Below, in pieces: positions 12,665-25,081 of a stretch of 64,000 nucleotides of DNA (positions are counted from its first letter, which is position 1; the number at the start of each line of letters is the position of its first letter). The translations under genes were made by a program, and so were the position numbers. The DNA lies in contig NC_085846.1 in assembly GCF_035594765.1 (NCBI RefSeq), positions 74,883,190-74,947,189 on the forward strand, given 5' to 3'. The stretch is from Anolis carolinensis. Lineage: Eukaryota. Under the pieces are notes generated by a model, which did not search any database, was not told where the DNA came from, and saw only the letters and a program-made list of their open reading frames with translations.

Positions 12665-15614
12665 GTGATAGCATACAAAATTTAGATAACAATCATAGAT
12701 TTACAAATACATTGAAACCTTTCAAATACCATGTTAAATTTAGTCTAGGTACAAGTGGAAATATGTTCTGTCAAAAAACAATAGCACATACCTCCAAGTA
12801 GACAAAAATAAGATTGTATCCCACTGCCTCTGTTCGATCGGCTTGCAATATCAACCATACTATATCTCCCAGGTGGGACACGGAGCTGGAATGAGCTCTG
12901 AACTTCAAAAGGAAGACAAAAGTCAACAAACAATACATTTGGTCAAAGGATCCAACAAGATTCAATCCAATCCACTCACAACACTGGTCAAGATGAATAA
13001 AGTTTCTTTCCTGCATTAGCATTTTATAGAGCATTTGAGTTGTGTAGACAATGACAAAGTGCACATGAGCAAAACTGTTTTCTGTATGCATACATAGTAA
13101 ACCCCTTATCTGAGGCCTAAGTAGCCAGCACAGCATGTATCAAGAATTTGTTTGTTAATGAGGTTGATGGCCCTGGGCACATAATATTGCAGTTTCTGCA
13201 TTTCTAGCATATCATAAATGACAGGGCTCAGCAAACGGTACAGGCCATGGGGCGATGTCACCTATTGTCAAGATGGAGTTATTAGGCTCACGAAAGGAGA
13301 TCAGCATAAAGTTGAATCTTTAATTCTTTTTTCTTTCTTTTTTTTGCCAGCACCCCTAGTGTTACTTAGATTGCATAGATTTCATTATTATATGAAAATC
13401 TGAACAAGGAGAAAAATATGATTCAATGTTTTTAAAGTCAGATACTTCTGAAAACTTGACAAAGCTAAAACAGTAGGGCTTACTGCATTGTTGTTTTGAG
13501 TTAATGCTAAACACAATATACAATAGAATGGTAATAGTAAATATGTACTCTAATTTTAAAATAATTTGTGAGTACCAAATATTATTAATAGTTCATATTA
13601 GCTGTGCCAACCTTGGTTGTTGGAACAAGCTGCAACTAGCCATAGTTTTTGTTTTTTTTAAAAAATCAAATTGCTTACATCTTTGGGTGAGGCTCATTGA
13701 CCTCTTCTAGAAGACACTAAGGAGTATTTTTCACTTGCTTTTGTAAGAGAGCTTCTCCAAAATATACAACATGAGGGTTAGCCAAAGAGACCTGACTTCC
13801 TGATTGATGTGTTTGGCTAAACATGGGACTATTAAATAGAGTTGGCTGAAAAATAAAGCAGCAGGAGCCAGTTATCCCATCAAATGCTTCAGTGTCTATG
13901 AATTGCTTTAGGAATTAAGCAGAATGTGTGATGAGGACATTGGGGTGAGCTGTACTTTACCCTTTGTGTTTTAAATAGGTTTTTAAATGTTTTTAAATGA
14001 ATGTTTAAAATTATTTTAATAGTATGGCCTGTTTATTATTTCTTAACTATACTTTAAACTTAGTTGTTAAGTAATTTCTCCTTGCCCAACCTCCCCGCAT
14101 CTAATAGAAACATCATCCACCTGTTCCCAGGTTCTGGAAGAATGATTTCCTCCTCATGTAGCTGACGCCAGTTAAAATACTTGGGAAAGGGAGTTATGGA
14201 GGGGAATTACAATTGTGTCAATAGCATCACCATCATGACTAAGTAGCTATTGCTAATGCAGAACAGTTACCTAGACTTAGGGTGGATCTACACTCACCAA
14301 TTCTTTTGGGGCAGAAGAAATTACTTAGTTATATACTTAATTAAGTGATGCATACATGATTCCAGTCATTGTGTTTAGGAAATGCAGGAAACATGTAGAT
14401 AAAAAAATATTCTGATCCTACACAAAGAACTTGGAGAAGACAGCTCAAGATGCAGAGTTTATCCCCCCCCCCAAAAGGGGAGGGGATGGTTCCACATAGT
14501 TTCCCAAACCATCCTAAAACATTCTTCTCAAATTAATATGGAGGACAATTAAACTTCATTTTTCACATGTTCAAATTTTCAATCAAATATTGCTAAAGCA
14601 AAATCTTATGTGAAAAGAAATACTGTACCAATTAGTGTGTATGAATGGAAACTCTGTGCATAATCTCACATGTGTTCAGGGAAATACATGTGAATTTTCA
14701 CGCAGAAAGATCACAAACTGAAGGGGGAATTTGATAGAATTCATGTTTGCTTGAAAAATTGTAACCATACAGAAAGTAACGAGACTCTTTCATCTATCCT
14801 TTGCAGAGATAGCCTTAGAAAAGGCAATTAAATGGAAGCTTCAGAATGAAATCAGCCTTGCTGATGAAAGATTTGGACATTGGGCTACAGCTGTGGTTAA
14901 ACCTGTCCCAGAGAGCTGTGAAACTTTCCAGACCAGGTTATCTGTGCTAAAAAAACTTGCCAAGAAGAGAGAGTTTTCCATGAAGCTGAAAAGTCTGACT
15001 CTGCCATGAATGTCATGTTGAATTTAGGCATATGTCTGAACCCTATCATGATTTGACAGTTATAACATTTAAGTATGCTGTATGAACTTTCAGAATGGTA
15101 TACAGTATGCATTTAACTCTTTTCATAGAAAAGAGAAAATTCCACCGAAACAGCACAAGTGTGTCTATTGTTGTCATTGAGTGCCCTCAAGTCATTTTTG
15201 ACTATAGCATATTTGTTCAGCAAGAGTTTACCAATGCCTGCCTTTTAGGTTGAGTAGGACTTACACTAGGTCATCCTATAGGGTTGGGTGACTGAGCAGG
15301 GCTTTAAACATAGGTCCACTTTGTTCTAATCCAACACTCAAACCAGTAGAGTAAAGATTTGCTTATTCAAAATTAAACCGTACTGTGTTTGGAAGGGATT
15401 CCTCTCAATTGCACCCTAATTAATTATTCTGTTATTTCAATCCACTATCGAGCAACCAGGGAAATTAAAATAATGCAGAAAATTTCATACCATTTCAGCC
15501 TGACAGAATTCAAACCTAATCCTTCCTTAAGATCCCCTTTTCTGGTATTTAGAGAGAATTAACTCTGCACTCTCCTGTCCTGATCCTGACAAACCTGATG
15601 GAAACATAATGCAC

Positions 15615-15616
<2 letters not shown>

Positions 15617-15662
<46 letters not shown>

Positions 15663-15835
15663 TATTATGACACAGCAAACAAGATAGACATGCTGGATTT
15701 CGTATCACAAAATCACAAGTCGAACACTTCCCAAGTGTCTAGGACTGTGTGATGTATTTTTGGATGATGCACGCAGATCCCAGTAGGGTGGCCTTTTGCA
15801 GTTGGCAGATCGTAATTTTGTCAATGTCTATTGTT
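15617..15835 (-). mobile_element. R4/Dong-clade LINE 3' end with (TAA)n tail
   Basis: Minus strand reads TIDKITICQLQKATLLGSACIIQKYITQS*, resembling the R4 C-terminus; abuts (TTA)n at 15617-15668. Confidence 0.8.
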
Positions 15836-16270
15836 AAGTCAACATACAATATAACAATAACCTATAAAACCAAATTTACAATAAGGCATAAATAAACATA
15901 TTTAAAAACATTTAACAGATACAGTTGTTACAGGAAAGCCGTCAATACAGCTGGTAAACTTAGCATGACTCATACACTCTAATCACTGGCAGAATGCAAT
16001 TCTCTCCATGCAGCTGATAGCTGGGAAAGTAGTCTGAAAGCAATAGCATAGTGGCCATAGTGTCACAATTATCCTAAACAGTGATTCTGGATATAGAGCA
16101 GTTTCAGGGAAATATATGTAGGCAATTATTCTGTAGGTAATTATTTTGTAATTGTTCTGTAATCATGATTGTGACACTATTGCATGACTTTACAGGGCTC
16201 GTGATGGCTGAATGATTTTTCCATCAAGTTTGAGGGGTTGGGCCCAAGAGAGGCTATTTAGTTAAGTATT

Positions 16271-16380
16271 TGCAGTCATGCCAGCCACATGACCTTGGAG
16301 GTGTCTACGGACATCGCCAGCTCTTCGGCTTAGAGTCGGACACAACTGGACTTAACGTCAGGGGAAACCTTTACCTTTAC
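16271..16380 (+). mobile_element. Sauria SINE 3' fragment
   Basis: GCAGTCATGCCAGCCACATGACCTTGGAGG...ACCTTTACCTTTAC. Confidence 0.85.
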
Positions 16381-16581
16381 ATGGGCTACAGCTCTAGAAA
16401 ACATGATGTTATTCCCTGCTCATCCACAGAAACACACTAGGCAAGTCAGATACTCTAAGCCCCAGAAAACCCTGTGATAAGTTCACCTTAGGACCAGCCT
16501 AGGTTGGGCAACGTGAAGGTGCACAACATCAATATAGTACAAGCCCACCCACCTCCAGTTGTAGCTGATACAGAAAAATGG

Positions 16582-16882
16582 TTTGTGTGTGTGTGTGTGT
16601 GTGTCAGGAGCGACTTGAGAAACTGCACGTTGCTTCTGGTGTGAGAGAATTGACTGTCTGCAAGGACGTTGCCCAGGGGATGCCCGGATGTTTCAATGTT
16701 TTTGCCATCCTTGTGGAAGGCTTCTCTCATGCCCCCACATAGAGCTGGAGCTGATAGAGGGAGCTCATCCACACTCTCCCCAGGTTGGATTCAAACTGGC
16801 AACCTTCAGGTCAGCAATCCAACCTTCAAGTCATCAGTCCTGCCAGCACAAGGGTTTAATCCACTGCGCCACTGGGGGCTCC
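16582..16882 (-). mobile_element. tRNA-derived SINE (second family) with (CA)n tail
   Basis: Uninterrupted homologue of 2358-3264 and 38417-38694. Confidence 0.88.
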
Positions 16883-17577
16883 TTTGGGATCTACACATTC
16901 AAATCCACGAATGAAGATTTGAAATGGAATATAACTGAAATCATTCTGGAAGAATGGTGTTGCAGAATGACAAAAATTAGTAAATTCTCTGTAGTTTAGG
17001 TCACCATCTTATTCACCCTTTCCTTCTGCCTTTGCCTGTCTCAATATTATATAATAATTCACCATTAAAAACAAACAGGGACTGTATTCTTTTGAATGCA
17101 AGTGTCTTTTGATATACATTTTAATAATGTAGAGTCTCTTTTCGGGGTTCTTTTGTAGTGATTTTCCATTTTGTAAAGGATGTTGAATCTTGATTAAAAG
17201 CATTTTAATGGATAACGCCTGTCAGTCCCCCTCCATTTGCAAGCAAATTCAGTTTCTCACTCGCAGTTGGACTGAAGTGGGTTTGATTAGAACAAAAGGA
17301 AAAAGGAGAAAAGGGGAGATGGCAAACACAGTTTGCGGAATGAATGGAAAAAGGATTCTTTACTCCAGTTAATTGTAAGGGCATACATAATTTTTTCGGT
17401 ACTATTATATTTTGACAAATTGAATAGACTACTGGAAAAGGCACATAAATGTATTCCCACAGAGTTGCCTCTGTTTTGTATTTATGGTATTTCCATGTCA
17501 AATTGTGCTAGCTTTATACAAATCCATTTACAAATTCTGGATAGTATCAGAGCCACTAAGGGGTGGGGGAAGGAGTG

Positions 17578-17579
<2 letters not shown>

Positions 17580-17618
<39 letters not shown>
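17580..17618. repeat. (ATC)n microsatellite
   Basis: Directly visible, about 13 units. Confidence 0.97.
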
Positions 17619-17619
<1 letters not shown>

Positions 17620-17974
17620 CAAGAACAATAACAGTTTCAGACCAACAGTTCATAGCATTATTCCAATTTCAGTGAAATTAGAGCTATGGAACTTATATTA
17701 AATGCCTATTTTAATAAGATGCTTTATTTGTTTACAAATTATTATGGCCATCATCAACTATGAAAAATTTAATATTTAGCACTAGCAAAAACATAATTGG
17801 AATTGCATGGATTCGTACCTAATACTCCCAAAGGTATCTCTTAAGAGCATGGCCTTAGAGAGCTCTCTTGCATTTTCGAAACACTTTTTAAAAATACTTC
17901 AGAAACCTTAGCAACAGTACTTTAACCCTTTCCTGTTTTCCCATCCTTTTGCATCAGAAATAATAATTATTATT

Positions 17975-18500
17975 TCCCTTCAGGGCGGCTTACAAAGACA
18001 AAAACAAAATAGAAATAATCAGCAGTAAAAAAAACAATTAAAATAAGCAATTAACATTCACAAATAACCCAATAATTGTTAAAACAGGTAATAAGTTCCA
18101 TAAATAACATAGTGAATGTATAGAATCAACATGAGCAATGAACAATAAAAATATGGCTGTGCTATGAGTTAGGGCAATATGTTCTCATCAGGCAGAGTAG
18201 AAGCATTTTTTTCCCGTGACAGGAGCGACTTGAGAAACTTCAAGTTGCTTCTGGTATGAGAGAACTGGCCATCAGCAAGGATGTTGCCCAAGATGTTTTT
18301 GATGTTTTACCATCCTTGTGGGAGGCTTCGTTAATAAAAGCTAAACATTCTCCTCTCTGAAGGCCAATATACAGAAGTGTGTTTTAATTGCTTCTTAAAG
18401 GAGAGGAGTGAGGAAGCTGTTCCTACTTCCAAAGGGAGGGAGTTCCAGAGGGAAGGAGTGGTCACGGAGAAGGCCCGCACCAACCACGCTTGAGATGTGG
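17975..18500 (-). mobile_element. Degenerate L2 3' fragment containing a second-family SINE 3' piece (18206-18328)
   Basis: GGGCGGCTTACA tail motif; GAGTTCCAGAG...CACGGAGAAGGCCC matches the L2 at 52800-52835. Confidence 0.6.
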
Positions 18501-18639
18501 TTAGTCATGTCAATGGCACTTTAGAGAACCCATTAAAAATTCCCAATGCGTTCCTAAGTCCTTTGTTTTTGTATCTAGGAAGTCCTGCCTTTGGAAGGGA
18601 CAGCTTCCTAGAAAAATGTGTTTCATGATTTTTTTTTTC

Positions 18640-18780
18640 CTGCCTAAGCACTTCACATTTTTCCCTGTTGAAATGCACTTTGGTAGTTTTGGCCCAGCTC
18701 TCTAATTTGTTAAGATCATATTGAATTCTGATTCTGTCCTTGGGGATATTAGCTACTGATCCTAATTTGATATCATCTGC
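18640..18780 (-). mobile_element. CR1 internal fragment
   Basis: Similar to 10085-10220 (TAGTTTTGGCCCA.CTCTCTAAT.TGTTAAGATCAT.TTGAATTCTG). Confidence 0.75.
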
Positions 18781-19107
18781 CTACTCTATTACAGTGTTTC
18801 TCAAACTTTGCTCCTACAGGATGAAGTGAAGCCATTGGAGAGCATCCTTTGGGTTCAGTCAACCAATCAATTACAATTCTACCAAACAGTAGCATCGCCT
18901 AGCTCCCATGTTGTTGAAAGCCCTGTGTGCCTTCTAGACATTTCTGACTTATGGTTCTCCCATCATAAAGGTTTTATTGGCAAGAATTTATTTGAGAGGG
19001 GTTGAGTCCTTTATCTTCCTATTTTCCATAGCTGAGAGGGAATTTGCACCCTCTTCTTGAGAATCATAGTCCACCATTCAAAACATTATACCACTGAAGA
19101 ACTAGAC

Positions 19108-19242
19108 CAGTGGTTTTCAACCTGTGGTTCCCCAGATATTTTGGCTTTCAACTCCCAGAAATCCTAACAGCTGATAAACGGTCTGGGATTTTTGGGAGTT
19201 GTAAGACAAAACACCTGGGGACCCACAGGTTGAAAGCCACTG
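19108..19242. mobile_element. Palindromic hAT MITE, SPIN-like termini
   Basis: TIRs plus perfect 8-bp TSD AACTAGAC at 19100-19107 and 19243-19250. Confidence 0.92.
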
Positions 19243-19366
19243 AACTAGACAAACATTGTACAAATGAACAATCTATAAGAATCATATTGTTTAAAGTGAA
19301 ATTACAGTGCTATAATTGTGTGATGTAAAAAGTCCAGATATGCTACAGGCCTGTATTTGTCTAGTA

Positions 19367-19489
19367 CTGTGGTTTCCAACCTTTGGTGCTCTAGGTGTTT
19401 TTTTTTTTCAACTTCAGCTCCCATAATTCCTGGGATTTCTGGGAGTTGAAGTCCAAAACAACTGAAGGACCAAAGGTTGGGAACCACTG
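19367..19489. mobile_element. Related hAT MITE (CCAACCTTTGGT subtype)
   Basis: Termini CTGTGGTTTCCAACCTTTGG / CCAAAGGTTGGGAACCACTG; TSD GTCTAGTA / GTCTAGCA. Confidence 0.85.
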
Positions 19490-19958
19490 GTCTAGCATCC
19501 CCATACCATGCAACAATTTATTATGGTCCATAAACCCATCAGTTAACAAACAGTTGTTAAAAAGACTAGTATCTTGTCTTCACACTCTTGTACTTGCAAG
19601 TGCAATGAAATCCTAAAATGTATACAAGCTTGTCCTTAAACAAACATCTGCAGTGTTACGTCCTTGCACGGATATTATTTTCTGTTTTATGACATTGCAC
19701 TGCACCAGAAGTTATCACGCTTTCTCATCTGGTGAACTTCATCATGGGCTGGTTTACATATAAACCCACTTTTAGATAAGCATCTCCCAATGATCTATGG
19801 GGAAAGAAACCTCCTAGAACCTTACTTGGAAGAAAAAGTCATAAATAATTCTCTCTCTTTCCTTAGAACCTCATTAATCTAATCCATAGTCTAAACTCTC
19901 TTGAGTAATTCTGGTAACAGGTTTCACAAATACATCCCCTAAGAAAATCTTTACTCAC

Positions 19959-20051
19959 TCCAAGATTGATGAGAGAGCAACATTTCTTATTTCACAAGAG
20001 AAAAAGTTGTTTTTCCACTGTGGCATCTCCAATCTGATCATCTTCTTAAAG
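19959..20051 (-). other. Candidate 93-nt internal exon of an unidentified gene
   Basis: Pyrimidine tract TCTCTTTTTCTCTCCCC...AAACAG acceptor; GA|GTGAGT donor; one open frame FKKMIRLEMPQWKNNFFSCEIRNVALSSIL; product not recognised. Confidence 0.35.
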
Positions 20052-21438
20052 CTGTTTGGCATCGGGGAGAGAAAAAGAGAGATTAATTAAGATGGTGTGT
20101 TAGGAAGTTTTAATTCTTTCATGTTATATGTCAGTGTTCAGATATCTAGAGGAAAGAAAAACACTGTTAGGAAAGAAGATGTCTTTCATTAATAGGATTT
20201 CAAGCCCATGCTTATCGCACCATTAGTTTCAGTGCTAATTAGAAATTACATTAATTCTTACCCAGCTATTTCTAATTATGATTACTTTGGGCCAAACATG
20301 AGGCAGCATTATAGCCAAGAAAGTCTCTAAAACATGATGTAAATAAAAAAGAAAAATATTTTGGCTTGTTCTTTTCTTGAGTGATTTATCATACCTCATA
20401 TTTCTGGTTTTCAACTTATATCAAATATAATAAACCACATGAAAATAAATTAAAAGGAAACTTTAAAAAGTTGAATCATTCAGTCCAGTCTCTTGTTTTG
20501 AAGTAAATATCTAGAATATGTTCAAAACTGTTTTCAGTTTATATTTCATTGACCCATTCTTTTCAGAATTGAATTAAAAACAGAAATTCGCTTATTTCAA
20601 ATCTTTGCTGGGTTGTGTCCATAACAGAAATTACATTTAGCCTTGAATTCAGACATGACAAGTTAGGTTTCAAAAAAAGAGAGAGGAGGAAATCACAAAA
20701 AAATAATTCACTGGATTTATTTGAAGGTGTTAAAAAAGCAAGAGGAGCCATATTGACCATTAAACAAAATCTGAATTCCAAAATACACATTGGTGATAAT
20801 CTTTATTAGGTCAACCAGAAGATACACAAATTTAGTTTGTTTTTCAAAAAATCTCACTGTCTTTTTCATCTGGCAAGGATGGCACAACATTCAGGAAAAG
20901 GAACCTAGCTTAACGTCATGATCAATTAATTTGTGTTGCTTATTCAATTGGCATATATAGGTACAAAAGAGCCATGGCCAGCTAGGGCCAGTACAGTATA
21001 CGTAGTTCTGAAACAAGATTAGTCATTTTATCTACAGCTCATGAGATATATACAATATTATGTTTTAACTATATCAGGTTGGGAGCACACCATAAAATTA
21101 CACTGGAGGACCTAGAGAAGCTTACAAACACTTCCAGGCGGGATATTCCCGAACAATTTCTGAAGTTTTGGTAAGTGAATACCAAGTCCATAGATAAAGG
21201 AGTTATACTACATTTTAGCCAGTGGTTTAATCTAATGATTTTAATGCTTAATTTTAAAGTATATGATTTTAATTATTTTTTTTTTGGAAAAACTCAGTTC
21301 TCCAGTTTTTGATGCTGTTATAGATGGAAAACAGTATAGACATCTATAGGTATTACCCTGTTGTAGTACAGAAGAATTAGCATAATGCAAAGAACAGCAA
21401 ATCAGCTCTCTATTCACGTTATGAGGGAACTGTTGGGC

Positions 21439-21470
<32 letters not shown>

Positions 21471-21485
21471 TATTTGAAAAGCACA

Positions 21486-21746
21486 GGAGCCACGGTGGTG
21501 CAATGGGTTAAACCCTTGTGAACTGATGACCTGAACATTGGGTTGCTGACCTGAATGTTGCCGGTTCGAATCTGCAAGATGGGGTGAGCTACTGTTGGTC
21601 AGTTATAGCTTGCAGGAACATGAGAGAAGCCTCCCAGTAACACATCCGGGCGTCTCCTGGGCAACATCTCTGTAGACGACCAATTCTCTCACACCAGAAG
21701 TGACTTGCAGTATGTTCTCAAGTCACTTCAAACACGATAAAAAAAA
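21486..21746 (+). mobile_element. tRNA-derived SINE (second family)
   Basis: GGTTCGAATC B-box; A-tail; 12-bp TSD TTGAAAAGCACA at 21474-21485 and 21747-21758. Confidence 0.9.
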
Positions 21747-21831
21747 TTGAAAAGCACATATATATATATATATACACCCTAATTTCCATTATGTTAGGTT
21801 ATGAAGAAGGCTACTGCCACTGCTTTCTGCT

Positions 21832-22615
21832 TATTTATTTATTTCGTGTCAAAAGCATTGTACAACAAATACATTTCAAATAATGGAAATAAAAAAAAGA
21901 AATCACAAGCAACTAAATAGTTTTGGACCAAAAGCGGGCAACAGCAACCGCATTGTCTGTAGCTTTAAACAACTCCTCCTCCGTACATGAGGCAGGGCAT
22001 TGTGGGCAAGCATACATATGCTGAGTTGTTTGTTCAGCTCCACAGTCACACAAGCTGGAGGATTCCTCCAGGTAGTGCCACCTTGCCAAGTTGTCTTTTG
22101 ATCTGCCCACTCCACTTCTGTTCAGGGACTTCCAAGTTGCCCATTCTTGGTTTGCCCCTGGAGGAAGACCCTCATGGGGGCCATCCAGTTAGAATTGCCA
22201 GGTTTAGCTGCCCAGAGAGACACCCTTGCTGTTGCTGGAGGAACATCAAGAGGAGTGGTGGTTCTCATGAAGCCCTTCCTTGATTTGAGTCTGGTGGGAG
22301 GAGGGTGATAGCCATGCAGTGGGTGGCTTTCACAATGTTCGACCTTTTTTCTCTCACCGTTAGCAGCAACTTCCCGTCGCACGTCAGGAGGGGCAATGCC
22401 AGCTAACTTGTAGAGTTTATCAACAGGTGTAGGTTTAAGGCATCCCGTGATGATTCTGCATGTTTCATTCAATGCTATGTCCACCTGCTTTGCATGGGCA
22501 GACTTGTGCCAAACAGGACAGGCATACTCTGCAGTTGAGAAAGACAAGGCCAGGGCTGATGTTCTTATTACTTGTGGGTCTGCACCCCATGCGCTGCCAG
22601 TCAGTTTCCGCATTA
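21832..22615 (-). mobile_element. Vingi/ingi-type LINE, 5'-truncated
   Basis: ORF WGADPQVIRTSALALSFSTAEYACPVW...RIITGCLKPTP...LAGIAPP, then frameshifted CDCG..QT..H...C zinc motif; (TAAA)n tail; 10-bp TSD GCTTTCTGCT at 21822-21831 and 22616-22625. Confidence 0.88.
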
Positions 22616-22644
22616 GCTTTCTGCTAATTAGGTCTCATATCCAT

Positions 22645-22662
22645 GATGTGGATGGATGGATG

Positions 22663-22708
<46 letters not shown>

Positions 22709-22722
22709 GATATATATAGATA
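22645..22722. repeat. (GGAT)n(AGAT)n compound microsatellite
   Basis: Directly visible. Confidence 0.95.
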
Positions 22723-22724
22723 TC

Positions 22725-22875
22725 TCATGGATTTCATAGCATTTTCATAGGCAAGGAATATCCAGAGATTTTACCAATTTCTTCCTCTGAAATACAGTCT
22801 ACAGTACCCGTATTCAGTGATGGTCCCCCATCCAAGTACTAACCAAGGGTGACCATGCTTAGTTTTCCAAGATCA
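22725..22875 (-). mobile_element. 5S rRNA-derived SINE fragment
   Basis: Minus strand TGATCTTGGAAAACTAAGCA...TGGTTAGTACTTGGATGGG..ACC...GAATAC.GGTACTGTAGACT matches the 3' two-thirds of 5S rRNA and is followed by a non-5S body. Confidence 0.8.
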
Positions 22876-24664
22876 ACTTTAGTAACTATAGGGTATGTAT
22901 TCTACACTTCCAAGTAAATCCTGCTCACTTCATTCGTGGAGCAATTCTATGAAGATTGTGTTCAAAAGCAGAAAAGTAGATTGGCTTTTCTAGCACCATC
23001 ATTTGGGTTACATTTGTTACATGAGACAGACCTTAACCGAATGGTCTTTCATCAAGAGGGCAACAACAATACAGGATATCTTAATACTGTATTACAAAAA
23101 TGGGCTGTCAGCATTTATTATTCACTCCAGACATACATTAGTGTTTAATAAGAGTTTTCACAGTGCAAGGGCTTCATGATTAGATCTTGACACCAGCAGC
23201 GGGATTGATTTTTTCCCAATCTTTAAAAATATATACCTATAGCCTCACCAGACTACAAACCCGTCCACCTTGATGCAAAACATTCATGTCTGAAAATAAT
23301 GCTTAAGCATATTATGAGTTGCCATCCCACTGCTGTGAAAAAATAATGAAGTGGGGATATATTACCTACCTTTAGAGAACTCTTTGTAAGAATGCATCTG
23401 ATTTGTCCTGACATTTGAAATATATTTATAGAATATGAACTCCTTTTTCATTACAGAGAAAGTGCATGCAGTGGGGTGAACTATTACACTTTTCTCCAAG
23501 TGAAATAAAAGAAGTGCCTGGAGAAATTGTCAAAAAGAAGTAGCCACAGCCGCTAGCATTTGGGGGGGAAATGCTTTTGAATTCTAACCTGAAAGCTTTC
23601 CCAAAAAGGCAAAACACATACAATAAAACATGCATTTTTGAGTGAAATAGTTTTTCCATCAGTTTTGGACTGTCAAAGCATCATGAATGCCATCATTAAT
23701 ACAGAAATCCCATTATAGGTAATGGCAGAATAAAGTGGATAGAAATGATATATTACAGATAAGGTCTTTAGAATTTACAAGCTCTTAAGAATTTACCATA
23801 TGAGTGTTCACTAAAATGTTAGTAAACCATTTCTATATCTTTGAAATAGCCCACAGAGAGTCATTAGAAAAAATGGAATCATTTCCTGCTGTTGTGCAAT
23901 TTGAGGGGGAGGGGACCCAAAACAAACCTTGATTCCTTTATTTCTTTTCATCAGAGGTGAAAATTATTTTTTATATTGAGTTCAGGTGTGTGTGTGTGTT
24001 TGTGTTTGTCTACAAAGTGTATTACCACTTATAGGTTGAAATGTATCAGCTCCACATTATATGGGCTTGGGAAATATCTGTGCTAAATTGAAGCCCATTA
24101 TTTCAGTAACTTCATGCAAACTCAGCAGTTCTGTTTCCTTTGTACAGACCATGCTGTTTTCCCTTTAACTTTCTCCTTTTTAATGGCCTGATCCTGTCCC
24201 ATTTATGGATCCTATGGAGTGTTGTTGACAGCAAGAGAGAGAAGGGGGCCAGGGAATACATGCCACAAGCTTTGAGTCTCCTGACAGTAGCCTTGTTGCC
24301 TGGGGATGGAGGAGAAAGGAGCTGTGACAAAATTTCTCATATGCTATCAGTGTAAGGGCCCAAACTAAACTGGAACTTTATTGCAGAGAGCTTCCCAGTG
24401 CATTGATGCCATCGCTAATCCTGGGAACTTACCAAGATGCTCATCCTTTTATCACATTTCCATAGTTTTGCAATTGCAGTGCTTCATTCTCAGTAAGTCT
24501 CACAGCTGAATTTCCTGTTGGGAGGGAACTCTGCCATCCCGCAATTCCATTGTCAGTTTTTTCATTTTTTCACAGACTAGCGGGATTTGTTATTTCCTTA
24601 ACATCACTTTTATGCCAGCATACCAAACAGGTAAGTCTAGGAGCAGTAGTGTGATTGAGCACTA

Positions 24665-25081
24665 CCTTGTTTCCCCGAAAATAAGACATTCTCCGAAAAT
24701 AAGACCTAGTAGAGGTTTTGCTGAATTGCTAAACATAAGGCCTCCCCTGAAAGTAAGATCTAGCAAAGTTTTTGTTTGGAAGCATGCCCACCAAACAGAA
24801 CACCAGAGCATGCAGGATTGGTAAATGTACGTACCTAGATGGTTGTACATGGAAATAATGGTAGTAACAAGAAATTCTTGATAGGATTCACAGTTTGTCT
24901 GGTTATGTTGGTTTGTGATGACAACTACTGTACAGTATATAATAATTTTTCATTTTTTGTTCAACAATAAATGTGAATTCTTCTTCATGGAAAAATAAGA
25001 CATGCCCTGAAAATAAGACCTAGTGCTTCTTTGGGAGCAAAAATTAAGATAAGATACTGTCTTATTTCCAGGGAAACATAG
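24665..25081. mobile_element. Non-autonomous Tc1/mariner element
   Basis: TA flanks; TIRs CCTTGTTTCCCCGAAAATAAGAC / GTCTTATTTCCAGGGAAACATAG; repeated GAAAATAAGAC subterminal motifs. Confidence 0.88.

Noticed and set aside
14807-15009. Plus-strand acceptor followed by about 66 open codons (IALEKAIKWKLQNE...)
   Set aside because: No recognisable homology and no supported upstream partner exon; cannot be distinguished from chance.
22795-22875. 5S rRNA gene
   Set aside because: Partial, diverged and fused to a SINE body, so not a functional rRNA gene.
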